From Lama guanicoe (taxonomy: Eukaryota), in NCBI GenBank assembly GCA_013239625.1, contig MU053810.1:3173518-3237517 (forward strand): a DNA stretch of 64,000 nt, in the 5' to 3' direction. Positions 41,401 to 52,711 of this stretch are shown here, in pieces. The translations under genes and the position numbers were made by a program. The notes beneath the pieces were generated by a model, which was given only the letters and a program-made list of their open reading frames with translations, did not search any database and had not been told where the DNA came from. Position 1 is the first letter of the stretch; the number at the start of each line of letters is the position of its first letter.

Positions 41401-44172
41401 GTGGTGATGGTTGCACAACACTGTGACTGTACTTAGTGCCACTGAATTGTACACTTAAAACGGTTAAAATGGTAAGTGTAACATTATGTTTATTTTACCA
41501 CAATTTAGAGGGGAAAAAAAAGATAAGCAGTAACCAGGGCAACCAGAAATCTTTACTTTGAGTTAAACGAACCCAAAGACCTAGTTTGCAGGTACTTGTC
41601 TTTAACGGAACAAAGTTGAGACATTAAATATCTTTATAGAACTCCTCAGACTGAGATAATATGTGTATAAATTATACAAATGTAATATGAGAATGAGTGA
41701 GTTGTCTTTTTTGTATTTGGAAGTGCTTGATGTTTCTTTCCTGATTTATTTACATGCAGTTGGTAGGCAAAATTAAAGTGACTAGGCCCATGTTGTATTA
41801 AAAGAGTTGTGATCATTTTGAAGCTATTTTATAATCCCCTCCCCTAGATTATTAGTAGGAGCTGCCTTTACTTGTGTATATGATCCTATTTCTTGCCACT
41901 TGCTAAACCCTCATCTATTTTTTGAATGAATGACTGTGGGCAGGATCAACAAGGCTGTTTTTATTCTTGTGTTTTGCATAACTGGATGACGATGAAATAG
42001 AAACAATGTCTTCAATACAGCACTGGAACAAGAAATATAGAAAAGAAACTCAAAGTCGGGATGGGGGAAGACTGTAAAGATCTGGCCCACAAGTTACATT
42101 TCAGAAACATTTTCATACCATTTTATCAGTTTATATGGAGAAGACAGAATTGTTTTGTAGATATTAGAGTAGAATATATGAATTATTTTTACGATTAGTT
42201 ATAATATTGGATAGGACGTGCAGACTCCTTCAGGGGAGGCCCCAGTGAGGTCATTAGCTGCTGCCCAGAGACCCTGTCTGTCAGATACTGTAGCATCTCT
42301 TCCGATTGTAATGTATGGGCTTCCATTTTCATGCATTCACTCAGCAAGGATCAATCATCATGGATTCCTAGTGGACAGGCAGGTAAGGAGAAATTTCTTT
42401 TTATGTTATATGTGCTTCTCTTTTTCCTTCCTTTCTTCCTTCCTTCCTTCCTTCCTCCTTTCCTTCCCTCCTTCTTCCCTCAGTTCCTCTGGCATCATTT
42501 TCTGTATTTTTAGGACAAACCTGCAATTAGAAAAACGAAGCCTCTAGGCTTCCTCCATGTAAGAGACAAAAACATGTTCCTGGGGCCTGATGACTGTGAA
42601 GCACTAAGAGGCAATACAAGGACTGGAAATTTGGGGCAACGTTTTCTCCAATAAGAATGACCTTATTCAAACATATTTTAAATGGAAACTTTAGCTTTTA
42701 CTTTTATAGATCCAGAGATTTTAAATGTTTTAAGCTTCTTATTGTGCTACTGTCTGAATGAAGGAATATGAGGCAAGTGTGGGAGAGCGGACGCGTCTGG
42801 ATGGAAGCCCCACTCTGACACTGATACAGGAGCAGAGGGAAAGGAATTGGGTGCCATTTTGCTGGCCTTGTTTTTCCCGGGCTGGATACAGTAGAAAAAG
42901 GGAGGAGAAAATATATAAAGTAGAAATTTCTGTTGAGTATATTGACAAATGAAATAGCTTTTGGGAGGTAAAATATCCTGTTGCTAAAATGGCAAACTAG
43001 AAATATCCAACATTGGGAGACTTGTGGTATATTAGCTCTATTAAGCTGTTGATGATCATGATCATCGGAAAAAATAATATGAAACATATTTGTGATTCTT
43101 TTAAAACTATTCTAAGCATACTTGTACTTTATTTTTTTGGCCTCATTAACATATTTATTATGAAACTTAAAATCTATGATAACAAATTTAGCTTTTCTCT
43201 TTTAGAGTATTGACTCGTTTTACTTAAAATGTTATATACTCACTATAAAAATATCAAGTTATATTCATCAACAAAAACAACCAACCCAACTAAAAAAATG
43301 GGCAAAGGACTTAAACAGACATTTCAACAGAGAAGCTGTACGAATAAGCACATTCAGCATCATTCATGCAAGGGAAATAAACATCAAAACCGTACAGGGA
43401 TAGCACTTCATACCTATTGGGGTGGCTACTCTGAAAAAATAGCAAGTGTTGAGGAGGAGGGGGAGAAATTAAAACCCTATGCTTTGCTGCTGGGAGCGCA
43501 AAATGATGCAGCCTCGGTGGAAAGCAGTTTAACAGTTCCTGGATAGTAGTGATGATTACACACCATTGGAAATGTATTTAATGCCACTGAGTTGTACACT
43601 AAAAATGGTTAACATGTTAATTTTTATGTTACGTATATTTTACCACAATTAAAAAACCTAAATGAAGTAATAAAGCAACTATAGAGAAGAAATCAACAAA
43701 TCATTTTAAATCCAACCTTCTAGAAGGAACCCGTGTTAATATTTAGTAGTCATTCTAATACTTTATCTGTGCTTTACACTTTTTGTCATGAGAAATGTCA
43801 GAAATTATCTCTTTAAAAAAGTGTAGCGAATAGTGTAAGCAACACTTAGGTCCATGGACATGCTGATCTGTTTAACACGAGCTGGGGCCTGGGCTGTGTG
43901 CCTGCAAAGTTGACCCACCTCCGTGGGCTGCAGACTTGTACCTGTGGCCTTACGGAGACTGATCTGACCAAGCCAGCTTAGACATCAGAATGATCGCTAA
44001 CCTGGAACTACGAAAAACGGGAGGTCACATCATTAAATGTTTCAGTGATAACCATCATTATTCTCTGCTCATGTTATTTGGTAGTATTATTTATCTTATT
44101 TTGGTCTAATCCTAAATGTTGTAAATGTTTTCCTTTTATTCTGTTTCACATGTTTCTGGATATAACATTAAA

Positions 44173-44216
<44 letters not shown>

Positions 44217-47200
44217 TATATTGTTATATATATATTATACATTATAAAAGAATATTGGTAAGATGTATTTGCTTTTATAGGTCACTGGGGTATGTTTTTA
44301 AAGAAAAGATATAATAACATCAAGTTGAATAGCCTGCTATAAATTAAGTTTAGAAAGTCAGGGAGCACTTTGTTCTAGTTTGAACTCTGTCATTACCTTT
44401 TTTGTAATCTTAGACTAAAACACCATCATCAAGGCACAAACAGCAGTGGACTATTTTGCATATTTTATAGTAAGGCCAAGTTACTATAGAGTTGGAATAC
44501 CCAATAAAACGACCCAAATGCAGTTATTTTCCCCCACTGACTCAATTTCCCAGACACATTATTTATTTAGTAATTACAATAAAGAATGTCTGAATTTCTA
44601 ACCTTGCTCCCCCATTTTAGTTGTGTGACAATTTCCTTAACCTTTCTCAGCCTCCATTTTCACATCTGTAAAACAGACATAAGAACAGAGCCTACTTCAT
44701 AGGTTTGTTATGAGAGTTCAGTGAATTAATACGGAAAACAAATCCTTAGAACAATGCGTGCACATAATAATATATAAGCTACTTTTATTGTTGTTGTGAT
44801 AATATTCCTACTATGTGTTCATTCAACCCTAGAATAAATATTATGAGAGCCAGTAACATGATATACTTCCTTATCTCAAAGAATTTATTTATCTGGAGTT
44901 AATGTCAGAAATCTGAATTTGCAGCCCTTTATGAATGTGAGACCCTAGCCAAATGGCCCTCCTGGCTCACCTGGCCCTGAAATAGGTCCTGATAAAATTT
45001 CTGTAATAGACTCCAAGTTTTCAGTTGGAATCGGAGAAAAGACCCAACAGTTGGAATCAGAAAAAACAAACAGAAGTCTTGATTGAAAGGAAATGGCTGA
45101 TCCGAGGCCTGAAAACAGGATTGTCAGAGGCTGTGGTGGGGGATCCCAGCTCCCCACAGCCAGCTCCACACGCTCGGTCGGCCTTCTGCTGTGTGGTCAC
45201 AGCGTCTCTCTGCCCTCCTAAGGACAGCCCCGTCATGTCGCACAGCTAGTGTCTGCCAAACCAGGGATTTAAACTCTCGTTCTCCAAGGCCTTTCTTACT
45301 TCCATGCTAGGCTGCTGCTCTGATAATTACATGTTGTATGATTCTATGCCTTGGCCAGTTAGGCGCTGCTTAATATCCCGTTAGTTTTTAGTGATGATTG
45401 TTTTGTTTGTTTTTACCGATGTTTTCCCCTTAATTTTCCTATCTGCATATGCACTGAATTGTATGTTTGCTTTTTAATGTAAATTTTGCTGATTTCTGTT
45501 TTCTCATAACTCACCTCAGGTGTGATGTCTTTGCTGCGGCCTCTTCTTCTGGACGTGGTCCCAACGATTCAGCAGACTGCTGTGCTGGCTCTGGGGAGAC
45601 TGGCTAATTATAATGACGACCTAGCAGAAGCGGTTGTGAAGGGCGGCATTCTTCCTCAGCTCGTTTATTCATTGGCAGAACAGAATGTAAGAAGTTTTAA
45701 AAAAATTAGTTACATGGGTTTTTTTTTCCCCTTTTGTTTTGGATTTTAAGATTTTTGATAGTTTGGGTACAGTTGCAAATTTGTAGGCATAGAAATATTA
45801 GGATGTTAATATAACCTTCAATTCTTTGAACTGCACAGAATAATATCTTTAGGGTATTATATCTTTGGAGCTGATTGGCAGCTTTTCTCTATTAGTGTTT
45901 ATGTAAGAAGACGACAATAAAATTTTTAATGGAATTATACAGAAGGCCATATTCCTATATATGGGCATATTAAAGTTACAGGATCAATCTCAGAAAGGTA
46001 TATGGAGCCCTGGGCAAATAAGAGACAGCTTCGAAGCCAGGGGGAGAGAAGCATCCAAAAGGAAGGAGAATGCATGTAAAGGAAGGTTTGACAAAGCATT
46101 TTTTGTCAAGGAGACAAGCCTGCCTAAGCGTCATCTAAGCGCACCTCCATTCTTCCCCAGCCTATCTGGCTCCCTCTGTGTTTCTAAGAATAGTCAAGGA
46201 CCTTCCTCTAGGTAGGGTCTCGGACTGTTCATCCCAACCTGCTGTTTTACCATAACCTAGGGATATATGTTTCTTGACATGTCTTTAAGATTAAATTCCT
46301 ATTTGTGTAGCCAAAGGACAAACAATCCAATTCAAAAATGGGCAAAGGACTTGCATAGACATTTATCCAAAGAAAATGCATGAATAGCCATTGAACACGA
46401 AAAGAGGCTCGACAGCATTAGTCGTTAGGAAATGCAACTCAAAAACCATAAGGAGATAGCACTCTACCTACCAAGATGGTCACAGAAAATCAGAGAAAGG
46501 AAAAAAATAAGTGTTAGTGAAGATGTGGAGAAGTCATGTAAAATGGTGCAGCTGCTACGGAAAGCAGTTTGGCAGTTCCTCTGCAAGTTAAACACACCAC
46601 ATGACCCTGCAATTCTATTCCTTGTTATAGTTCTGAAAGAATTGAAAACAGGTGTTCAAACAAGACTTGTACACAAATGTTCATTGCAGCATTATTCATG
46701 ATAGCCATAAGAATGACTAGGTTAAAAAAATGTTACATATGCATTACAATGGAATACTGTCAGCCATAAAGAGGAATGAGGTTCCGATACATCCTGCAAC
46801 ATGAGTGAACTTGAAAATGTTATGTTGAGAGAAGGAAGCCAGACAAGTCTACATATTGTATGATTCCATTTATATGAAATATCCAGAATATGCAAATCCA
46901 TAGAGATGGAAGGGGTCAGTGGTTGCCAGGGCCTGGGTGCAGGTGAGCAGCAGTAAGAAGCAGCTGCGTAACATATAGAGGGGTTCTTGTTGGGGTGATG
47001 AAAACATTCTGGAACTAGATAGGTGTGGTTGCACAACCTTGTAAATGCACTGAGTGCCACTGAATTGTGTGCTTCAAAATGGTTAATGTTATGTGTTTTA
47101 CCAAGAAAAGAAAAATCCTAATTGTTTGAAAATGTGCCTTAATTTTTAGATTGGAGAGTCATTTGCTAATGACTGTCTTATCCCTAGAAGGAGTTCTAGA

Positions 47201-49399
47201 AATCTTACTTTTCTTGTAGGCGCTCCTTCTATCATCAGATGCTGTTAGACTGTCCTCTTCTCTGACTCCTAGCTCCTTCTCTGAGTGCAGGGTCTGTGTT
47301 TGGTGTCCAGTGTAGTAGGTTCTCAACAGAGAAGTTCTCTAAGTGTGAATGAGTGCCCACTAGTTACAGAGAGACAAACAGTGCTAGGGCCGAAGTGAGG
47401 GCAGAGTGGGAGTGCGGGGCACTGTTCACAGGCTTCTGCCTCCTTCCCCTACCTGTCCCTTAGCCCATTTCTCCCAGGAGATTTCATCTCTTCTTTATGA
47501 GGAGCAAAGTCCTCTGGTTTTGCTCTTCCTTCCTTCCTCCCTCCCTCCCTCCGTTCTTTCTTTCTTTCTTTCCTTCCTCCTTTCCTTCTTTCTTTCTCTT
47601 TCTTTCTTTCTTCCTTCCTTCCTTCCTTCCTTCCTTCCTTCCTTCCTTCCTTCCTTCCTTCCTTCCCTTCCTTCCTTCCTTCCTTCCTTCCTTCCTTCCT
47701 TCCTTCCTTCCTTCCTTCTTTCACAATTCTTTCAGCAAGGAATGGGAGAGAAGAGAGTTAGGGATTTGGGAAGTGGACATCAGGAGGAAGGAAGAATGAG
47801 GTCAGAAGAGTGTGAATTCTAGGCACTATAGTTAGTCTGACTATTGGTGCCCAGTAAATCGTCTGTGAATTTGGAAATTCTGCAATATCAAAAGTCAAAT
47901 TAGCTTAAGGGAATGACAAGAACTGTATCACCATTAATTTCCCACAAGTATAAGAAAATAATTTAGGGAAAGCTACTTTAAAACTCTAATTTTTTTTATA
48001 ATAAGTTAGTAGATATTTGGTTACTGACATGTTAAATTAGACTTTATAACAAGTATTTTAATGTCTATGTATGTTGCTATTTAAGAAACTAAAGAAATAT
48101 ATCAAATCAAAACATTGTTACTAACATAGTATATTTCTTATACTATCAACATATATCAATTTTTGAGATATAATGTGTTAAAATATGCTTGATATATTGT
48201 CTCTCATATAATTTTTATTGAATCTTAATATTTTAGCCTACATAAATAGAATGCTTTCAAAACAGGTACTGTAGTCACCTAGTCACTTTTTAGTAGTCAC
48301 TGGAAAGAAATAGAAACTTAGAATCCAAAATAGGGCACTTACTGGGGTTCTATTAATGAAACCTAGCATTAGGAGACCATCACTTTCATTATGCTAACCA
48401 CGAAACAACAGTGAGTGTTATAGACAAATACTTCCTCTGCATTTATTTTAATTTTTTTAGCTATCCAAAGAAAACATGTTAGCCTTGTGTTTCAGTTCTA
48501 TTTCTTAATCTGATAAAATTTACATGTAGAAAATATTATAAATATACGAAGCATTACTTAAAATTCATATAATGGTAAAATTTTTATTTATCTTTTTAAA
48601 AATGCATTTCTTAGAAGGGTTAAATAACATATCCTACTCTTGGCCTGGTTTAATTGCCAGGAGAAGTTTTAAAATGTATCATGAATGTTTTGCCTTTATG
48701 TTTACCTGATGATTGCTAAGTGCGCCTCAGAACATAACAGTTGTTATTTCGGGATAACATGGGACCCTGGAAAGGTTAGTTGAGGTCATGCTTAGAGACT
48801 GAGGGCAAGTAAAGGAGATGAGTTTGTCAGGGGACAGTTTACTTACACACACTCACAATCCAAGAATTCCCACAGGACAGACCTTTCAGTGCCATGCACA
48901 TACATAAAAGCTCATTATTTTATGAACTTGTAGGAACTATAATGTTCATATTTTATCTTATACAATTTCCAGATCCATGTTTCTGAGTAAAACATTTGAA
49001 ATGTGATCAAAGACTTTGTTTTAGTTACTGAACAAAAGCAAGGGGGGAACATCAAAAATTTAAAATGATTTAATGATTTTGCAGGATACTTTTCATCTTT
49101 TGTATTTAAAAGCTGTTGAGCTTTTTTTTTTAATATCAATGTTATTTTTACGTTGGTTTTGGTCTATTTTAACTTTTAGCTCAATTCACTGAGTTTTGTC
49201 TATTTATCTTTGTAGCGGTTTTACAAGAAAGCGGCTGCCTTTGTGTTACGAGCAGTTGGTAAACACTCCCCTCAACTAGCTCAGGCGATAGTGGACTGTG
49301 GAGCGCTGGATACACTGGTTGTATGCTTGGAAGATTTTGACCCTGGAGTCAGGGAGGCTGCAGCCTGGGCATTCAGCTATATTGCGAGACATAATGCAG
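28988..49399 (+). CDS. SPAG6: Sperm-associated antigen 6 (PF16 ortholog, armadillo repeats), coding exons 1-4; gene continues beyond the window
   Basis: Exons 28988-29012, 29090-29185, 45520-45686 and 49216-49399 (GT-AG, phase-compatible) give MSQRQVLQVFEQYQKARTQFVQTVAELATRPQNIETLQNAGVMSLLRPLLLDVVPTIQQ...RFYKKAAAFVLRAVGKHSPQLAQAIVDCGALD...YIARHNA. Kozak context GCGCCATGA. Exon 5 was not found in the window. Confidence 0.98.
30330..30660 (-). mobile_element. Old L1 (L1MC-like) 3' fragment
   Basis: TAATTTTGAGATAATTGTAGATTCACATGCAG...CTCTGGGCAACCACTAACCTGT resembles an antisense L1M 3' UTR. Confidence 0.6.
31180..31242 (-). mobile_element. Extremely 5'-truncated L1 3' end with target-site duplication
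   Basis: Poly(T) plus AATTGAGTTATAGTCAGTTTACAATGTTGTG, flanked by AGGTATAACATTCTT (31165-31179) and AGATACAACATTCTT (31243-31257). Confidence 0.7.
35662..35753. repeat. Perfect 46-bp tandem duplication
   Basis: AGAATTGTCCTTTCATCCTCTGCACTGACTCCATTCCTAGACGTTC at 35662-35707 and again at 35708-35753. Confidence 0.95.
36080..37010 (-). mobile_element. L2 LINE fragment
   Basis: Begins with TTCATTCATCATTCAACAC (L2 3' tail in antisense), followed by the typical purine-rich L2 body. Confidence 0.6.
38700..39730 (+). mobile_element. L2 LINE fragments interrupted by a SINE
   Basis: Pyrimidine-rich L2-like body (CCAAGCCAGAAACTTGGAGT...) ending in AATGAATG. Confidence 0.55.
39336..39497 (-). mobile_element. 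tRNA-derived SINE (camelid Vic-1-like) with a 14-bp TSD
   Basis: Antisense tRNA-like head (GGGGATTGAACCC = B box) with an A-rich tail; TSD TCAGACCTCAATTT at 39322-39335 and 39498-39511. Confidence 0.8.
40000..40135. mobile_element. MIR SINE
   Basis: MIR core: CCATTTT..GAGGAAACTGAGACACAGAGATGTTAAGTAACCT...GATTTGAACCCAG. Confidence 0.75.
40545..41520 (+). mobile_element. L1 (L1MB-like) 3' fragment, ORF2 C-terminus plus 3' UTR
   Basis: ORF 40503-40874 translates to EKIFAKHIFDKSLIFRIYKELQ...KWAEDLKR..FSKEDIQMDNKHMKRCSASL...RYHFTPIRMA (L1 ORF2 C-terminus), followed by an L1M 3' UTR and an A-tail. Confidence 0.9.
43265..43660 (+). mobile_element. L1M fragment, internally deleted
   Basis: AAAATGGGCAAAGGACTTAAACAGACATTTC...GCCACTGAGTTGTACACTAAAAATGG. 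Confidence 0.8.
44176..44240. repeat. (TA)n microsatellite
   Basis: Directly visible in the sequence. Confidence 0.9.
44595..44790. mobile_element. MIR SINE
   Basis: CTTAACCTTTCTCAGCCTCCATTTTCACATCTGTAAAA MIR core. Confidence 0.7.
46310..47115 (+). mobile_element. L1 (L1MB-like) 3' fragment
   Basis: CAATCCAATTCAAAAATGGGCAAAGGACTTG...GCCACTGAATTGTGTGCTTCAAAATGG plus an A-rich tail. Confidence 0.85.
47525..47720. repeat. (TTCC)n/(TTTC)n polypyrimidine tract
   Basis: About 200 nt almost entirely pyrimidine on the + strand; a shorter similar tract lies at 42420-42480. Confidence 0.95.
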
Positions 49400-51169
49400 G
49401 TAATGGGCCTTATTATAAAATAGGATTATTAAAGTTTACATTAATTAAGTAAATCTGGTTTTGCTTAGTTAACCATAGATTAGATTTTAATGATGTTTCT
49501 ATACATTATGGGAGATAGATTTTGAATGATGACCAAGTTGTTTGGATCACAGATTCACACACACACAAAAAAACCCTACATTTCAGTCTTTATCTTAGCA
49601 GAAGAGAAATTTGGAGACAGAAAGGGAAGCAGGGAGGATAGAGGGAGAATGAGATATTGATTGATTCTCAAAGACGTTGGTAAATTGGTTCAGTGACAAA
49701 CTTATTTCAGTCATCCCTCAGGGGACATTGGGTCTTTGCTCTCACTTATGGTAGGGTGTTGCAGACCAGCCAGGAGCCATGTCGTGTGAGTGAATAATGT
49801 TGAAAAGACATAAGCATGGTAACTTTCAAGAACATACTTGTGTTCGGCCCGTATTGTGCAGGAAGGAGGAGAAAGAGGAGGAGCACCTTCTTTTATAAAC
49901 TGACAGCTCAGTGAAGGCATCCAGAAGGGTCCTGGGCCTCCTGTATGAAGGCAGTGCTGACACAGCTGGTCAGAGAAAAACACACAGGGAACAAAATTGC
50001 CCCCACCACTTTACAGAAGTTGCTAAATAATATGAACCAATAACACAAGAAAATGACAGTTTCAAAACAAATGTATGTAAAAATAACTTTACTAGTAATC
50101 AAAGAACTGCATATTAAAACATGAGTGAAAGTATCATTTCCTACCTATTATTATTCGGGGGGAAAAAAAGAGTAAAGCACAAATAGAGCCAAGTGGCTAA
50201 GAGCACTGTGGCCTTAGACCAGATCTGAGTTTGAGTCCAAGGTCTACTACTCAGGTGCTGTGTGATCTTGGACATGGCTTTTAAACTTTCAGAAACTCGA
50301 CTTCCTCATCTGCAAAAGAGGAAGTACCGCTTCAGAGCTCTGTTGTGAGGATGATGAGATAGGTCGGTGCTGGGCACGTGGTAAATATCCAGTAAACATA
50401 AGATATTAGCATTAATAGGGATGGTCAGAGAGGACGCGATGGTGTTCCTGCCCGCTGGGGAAGGCACTACAGGTTGTCTAAACTTGTGGAAAGCCGTTTG
50501 GTAAAACTAATCTAAATCACAAAAGAGTTCATGGTTACTCTAAAAAGTCTGCTTTGGGAATTCATCCTAAGGAAAGAATTCCACAGAATGAAAAAGCTGC
50601 ATTCATACAAATGTTATTGTAATGTTATTTCTAATATCAAACCCCTCACGTATTTGGCAGGAATTTAGTGGTGAAATTATAGTACTTTGCTTAATGGAAT
50701 CTCATTCAATAAACTAAAAAGGTAATTATGAGTCCTATGAACATGGAAAAGTGATTATAATGTGAAAAAATTATATATTACAATTATAATAATACAAAAA
50801 TAAAATTTTATATGGATGTAAATTATAAAGAGATATATGTTTATGTTACTAGGGTGATAGAATCAGGGATTCTTTTCTTTTTTTTCCAGATTTTTCAATG
50901 TGTATGTAGGTATAAAACAATAGCTACCATTTATTGAGTAATTACTATGTGCCTGGCTCTGTGCAGTATGCTTCAGGATATGATCTCTCTTTAACTGCAG
51001 AGACACTTAGGGGAGGTGTGTATGACTCTCCCAGGTAAACAGAGGAAGAGAGTGGAACTTAGGATGCCTGAGGTTATATTAACGGTGGAACCAAAATTTG
51101 ACTCTAAATCTGTCTGACTCCAAAGCTGTGTGTCAACCACTGTACCATACAAGTTTACTACATACTTCT

Positions 51170-51368
51170 TTTTTAAAAATATATTTTTATTGAAGTATAA
51201 TCAGTTTACAGTGTTGTGTACAGCACAATGCTTCAGTCATATAGGAACATACATATATTCATTTTCATATTCTTTTTAACCATGTTACTACAAGATATTA
51301 AATATAGTTCCCTGTGCTATACAGTATAAACTTGTTGTGTATCTATTTTATATATAGTAGTTAGTATC
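51170..51368 (-). mobile_element. Lineage-specific L1 3' end, truncated
   Basis: TTTTTATTGAAGTATAATCAGTTTACAGTGTTGTG...ATATAGTTCCCTGTGCTATACAGTA, a typical laurasiatherian L1 3' UTR in antisense; adjacent MIR at ~50920-51150. Confidence 0.8.
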
Positions 51369-52599
51369 TACTATGTACCTCTTGAAAGAGTATTGAGGAA
51401 GAATTCAAAACAGAAACAGGAAGTGGCTGTCCCATGGCTATGTTTAATTTGGTTTTTAAAACGGTGACACTATTGGAGACAAAAAAGAAATAAAATGATA
51501 TAAAAGTAAATCAAGAAAGAAAATTATCCTCATGCTTAGAATGATTTAGAGTTGGTATATTAAAATTATTTCCTTAATATCTAGATTATGGTTTTCAAGG
51601 AGGTTCATCTTAGGACTGTTGTTTAATACATGTTGATTGAGAAAACTAAGGCAGTGTTTTAAATCTGAAGCTGGTTATCATGGGGAAACTACATGAGTAT
51701 ATTTAGCAATTTTTTTTTTTAATGTCAGAGGACTTTCTAGCAAACATTGTAACATGAGTATTTTAAAGGGTGGTTCAAAAGGGCTCTGAGGGACAACTGT
51801 ACAGACACACTCTCAGGCAGGTACCCACAGATAACCTTTGCACACCTCCCTTTGTTGAATCTGAGGCTAAATGGTTATAGTTCATGAATAGGATCTGTCT
51901 TAGGGATTCCATTCCAATTTCTTGCTATAATCTGGCTCCCACATGGAATTCCCAGTGTAATTTCAATACTTCACAGTATTTAGGGGCCTGGGACCCAGAA
52001 GCTCCCAGAAGAGATTCCCGCTATAGATTTTTCAGAAGGAAAGGGAATTGTTATCTAGTGAGCAGAAAGTCATCGTTCACATCCTGAATATCAGAGAAAA
52101 TAGAAGATTTACCTCCAAATAACCTAATTTCTTTCTCAGTGATTTCCTAAAAATAGAATATATTGAGATTAATGGGATTCATTCAGTGTTTTCCTCTGAG
52201 ATTTAGTGGTAAAATGTTTGATTAGACAGTTTAGGAAATAGAAACCTTAAAGGAGATGCAAAAGACATGTACATTTAATGGCAATAGAAGGAAACACTTT
52301 TGTGTATAGGAAACAAAAATAAAGTAAGCAATTAGAAGAGAGAAAGCACTGGGCATCATCTGACTTTTCCTCATCTGAAGAATACAATTTCTAAAACTTA
52401 CTTCTGTGTATAGATTTTAAAACGTTTTACAGATAACCAAAGGAAACTGGGGGGCTAAAAACCAGAAATGGCATTAAAAAAACCCTCTGCAGACGGTCTC
52501 CTTGAATCCCTGTGATTGAATCACCAGTTACTGAATACACCTGAGAAAACACACCTCTCTGACGATAAACAAGCTATTTCTCTGTATTTTCCCTGCTCC

Positions 52600-52672
52600 C
52601 TAATAAAGGCCGAAGTAGCGTTCTTCTCGGGTTGGCGGTCTCCCTGCTCCCCTCCCGCCGCACTGTCCCCTC

Positions 52673-52711
<39 letters not shown>

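Noticed and set aside
47406..47822. ORFs with FLPS/KEGR repeats
   Set aside because: Translations of the (TTCC)n microsatellite.
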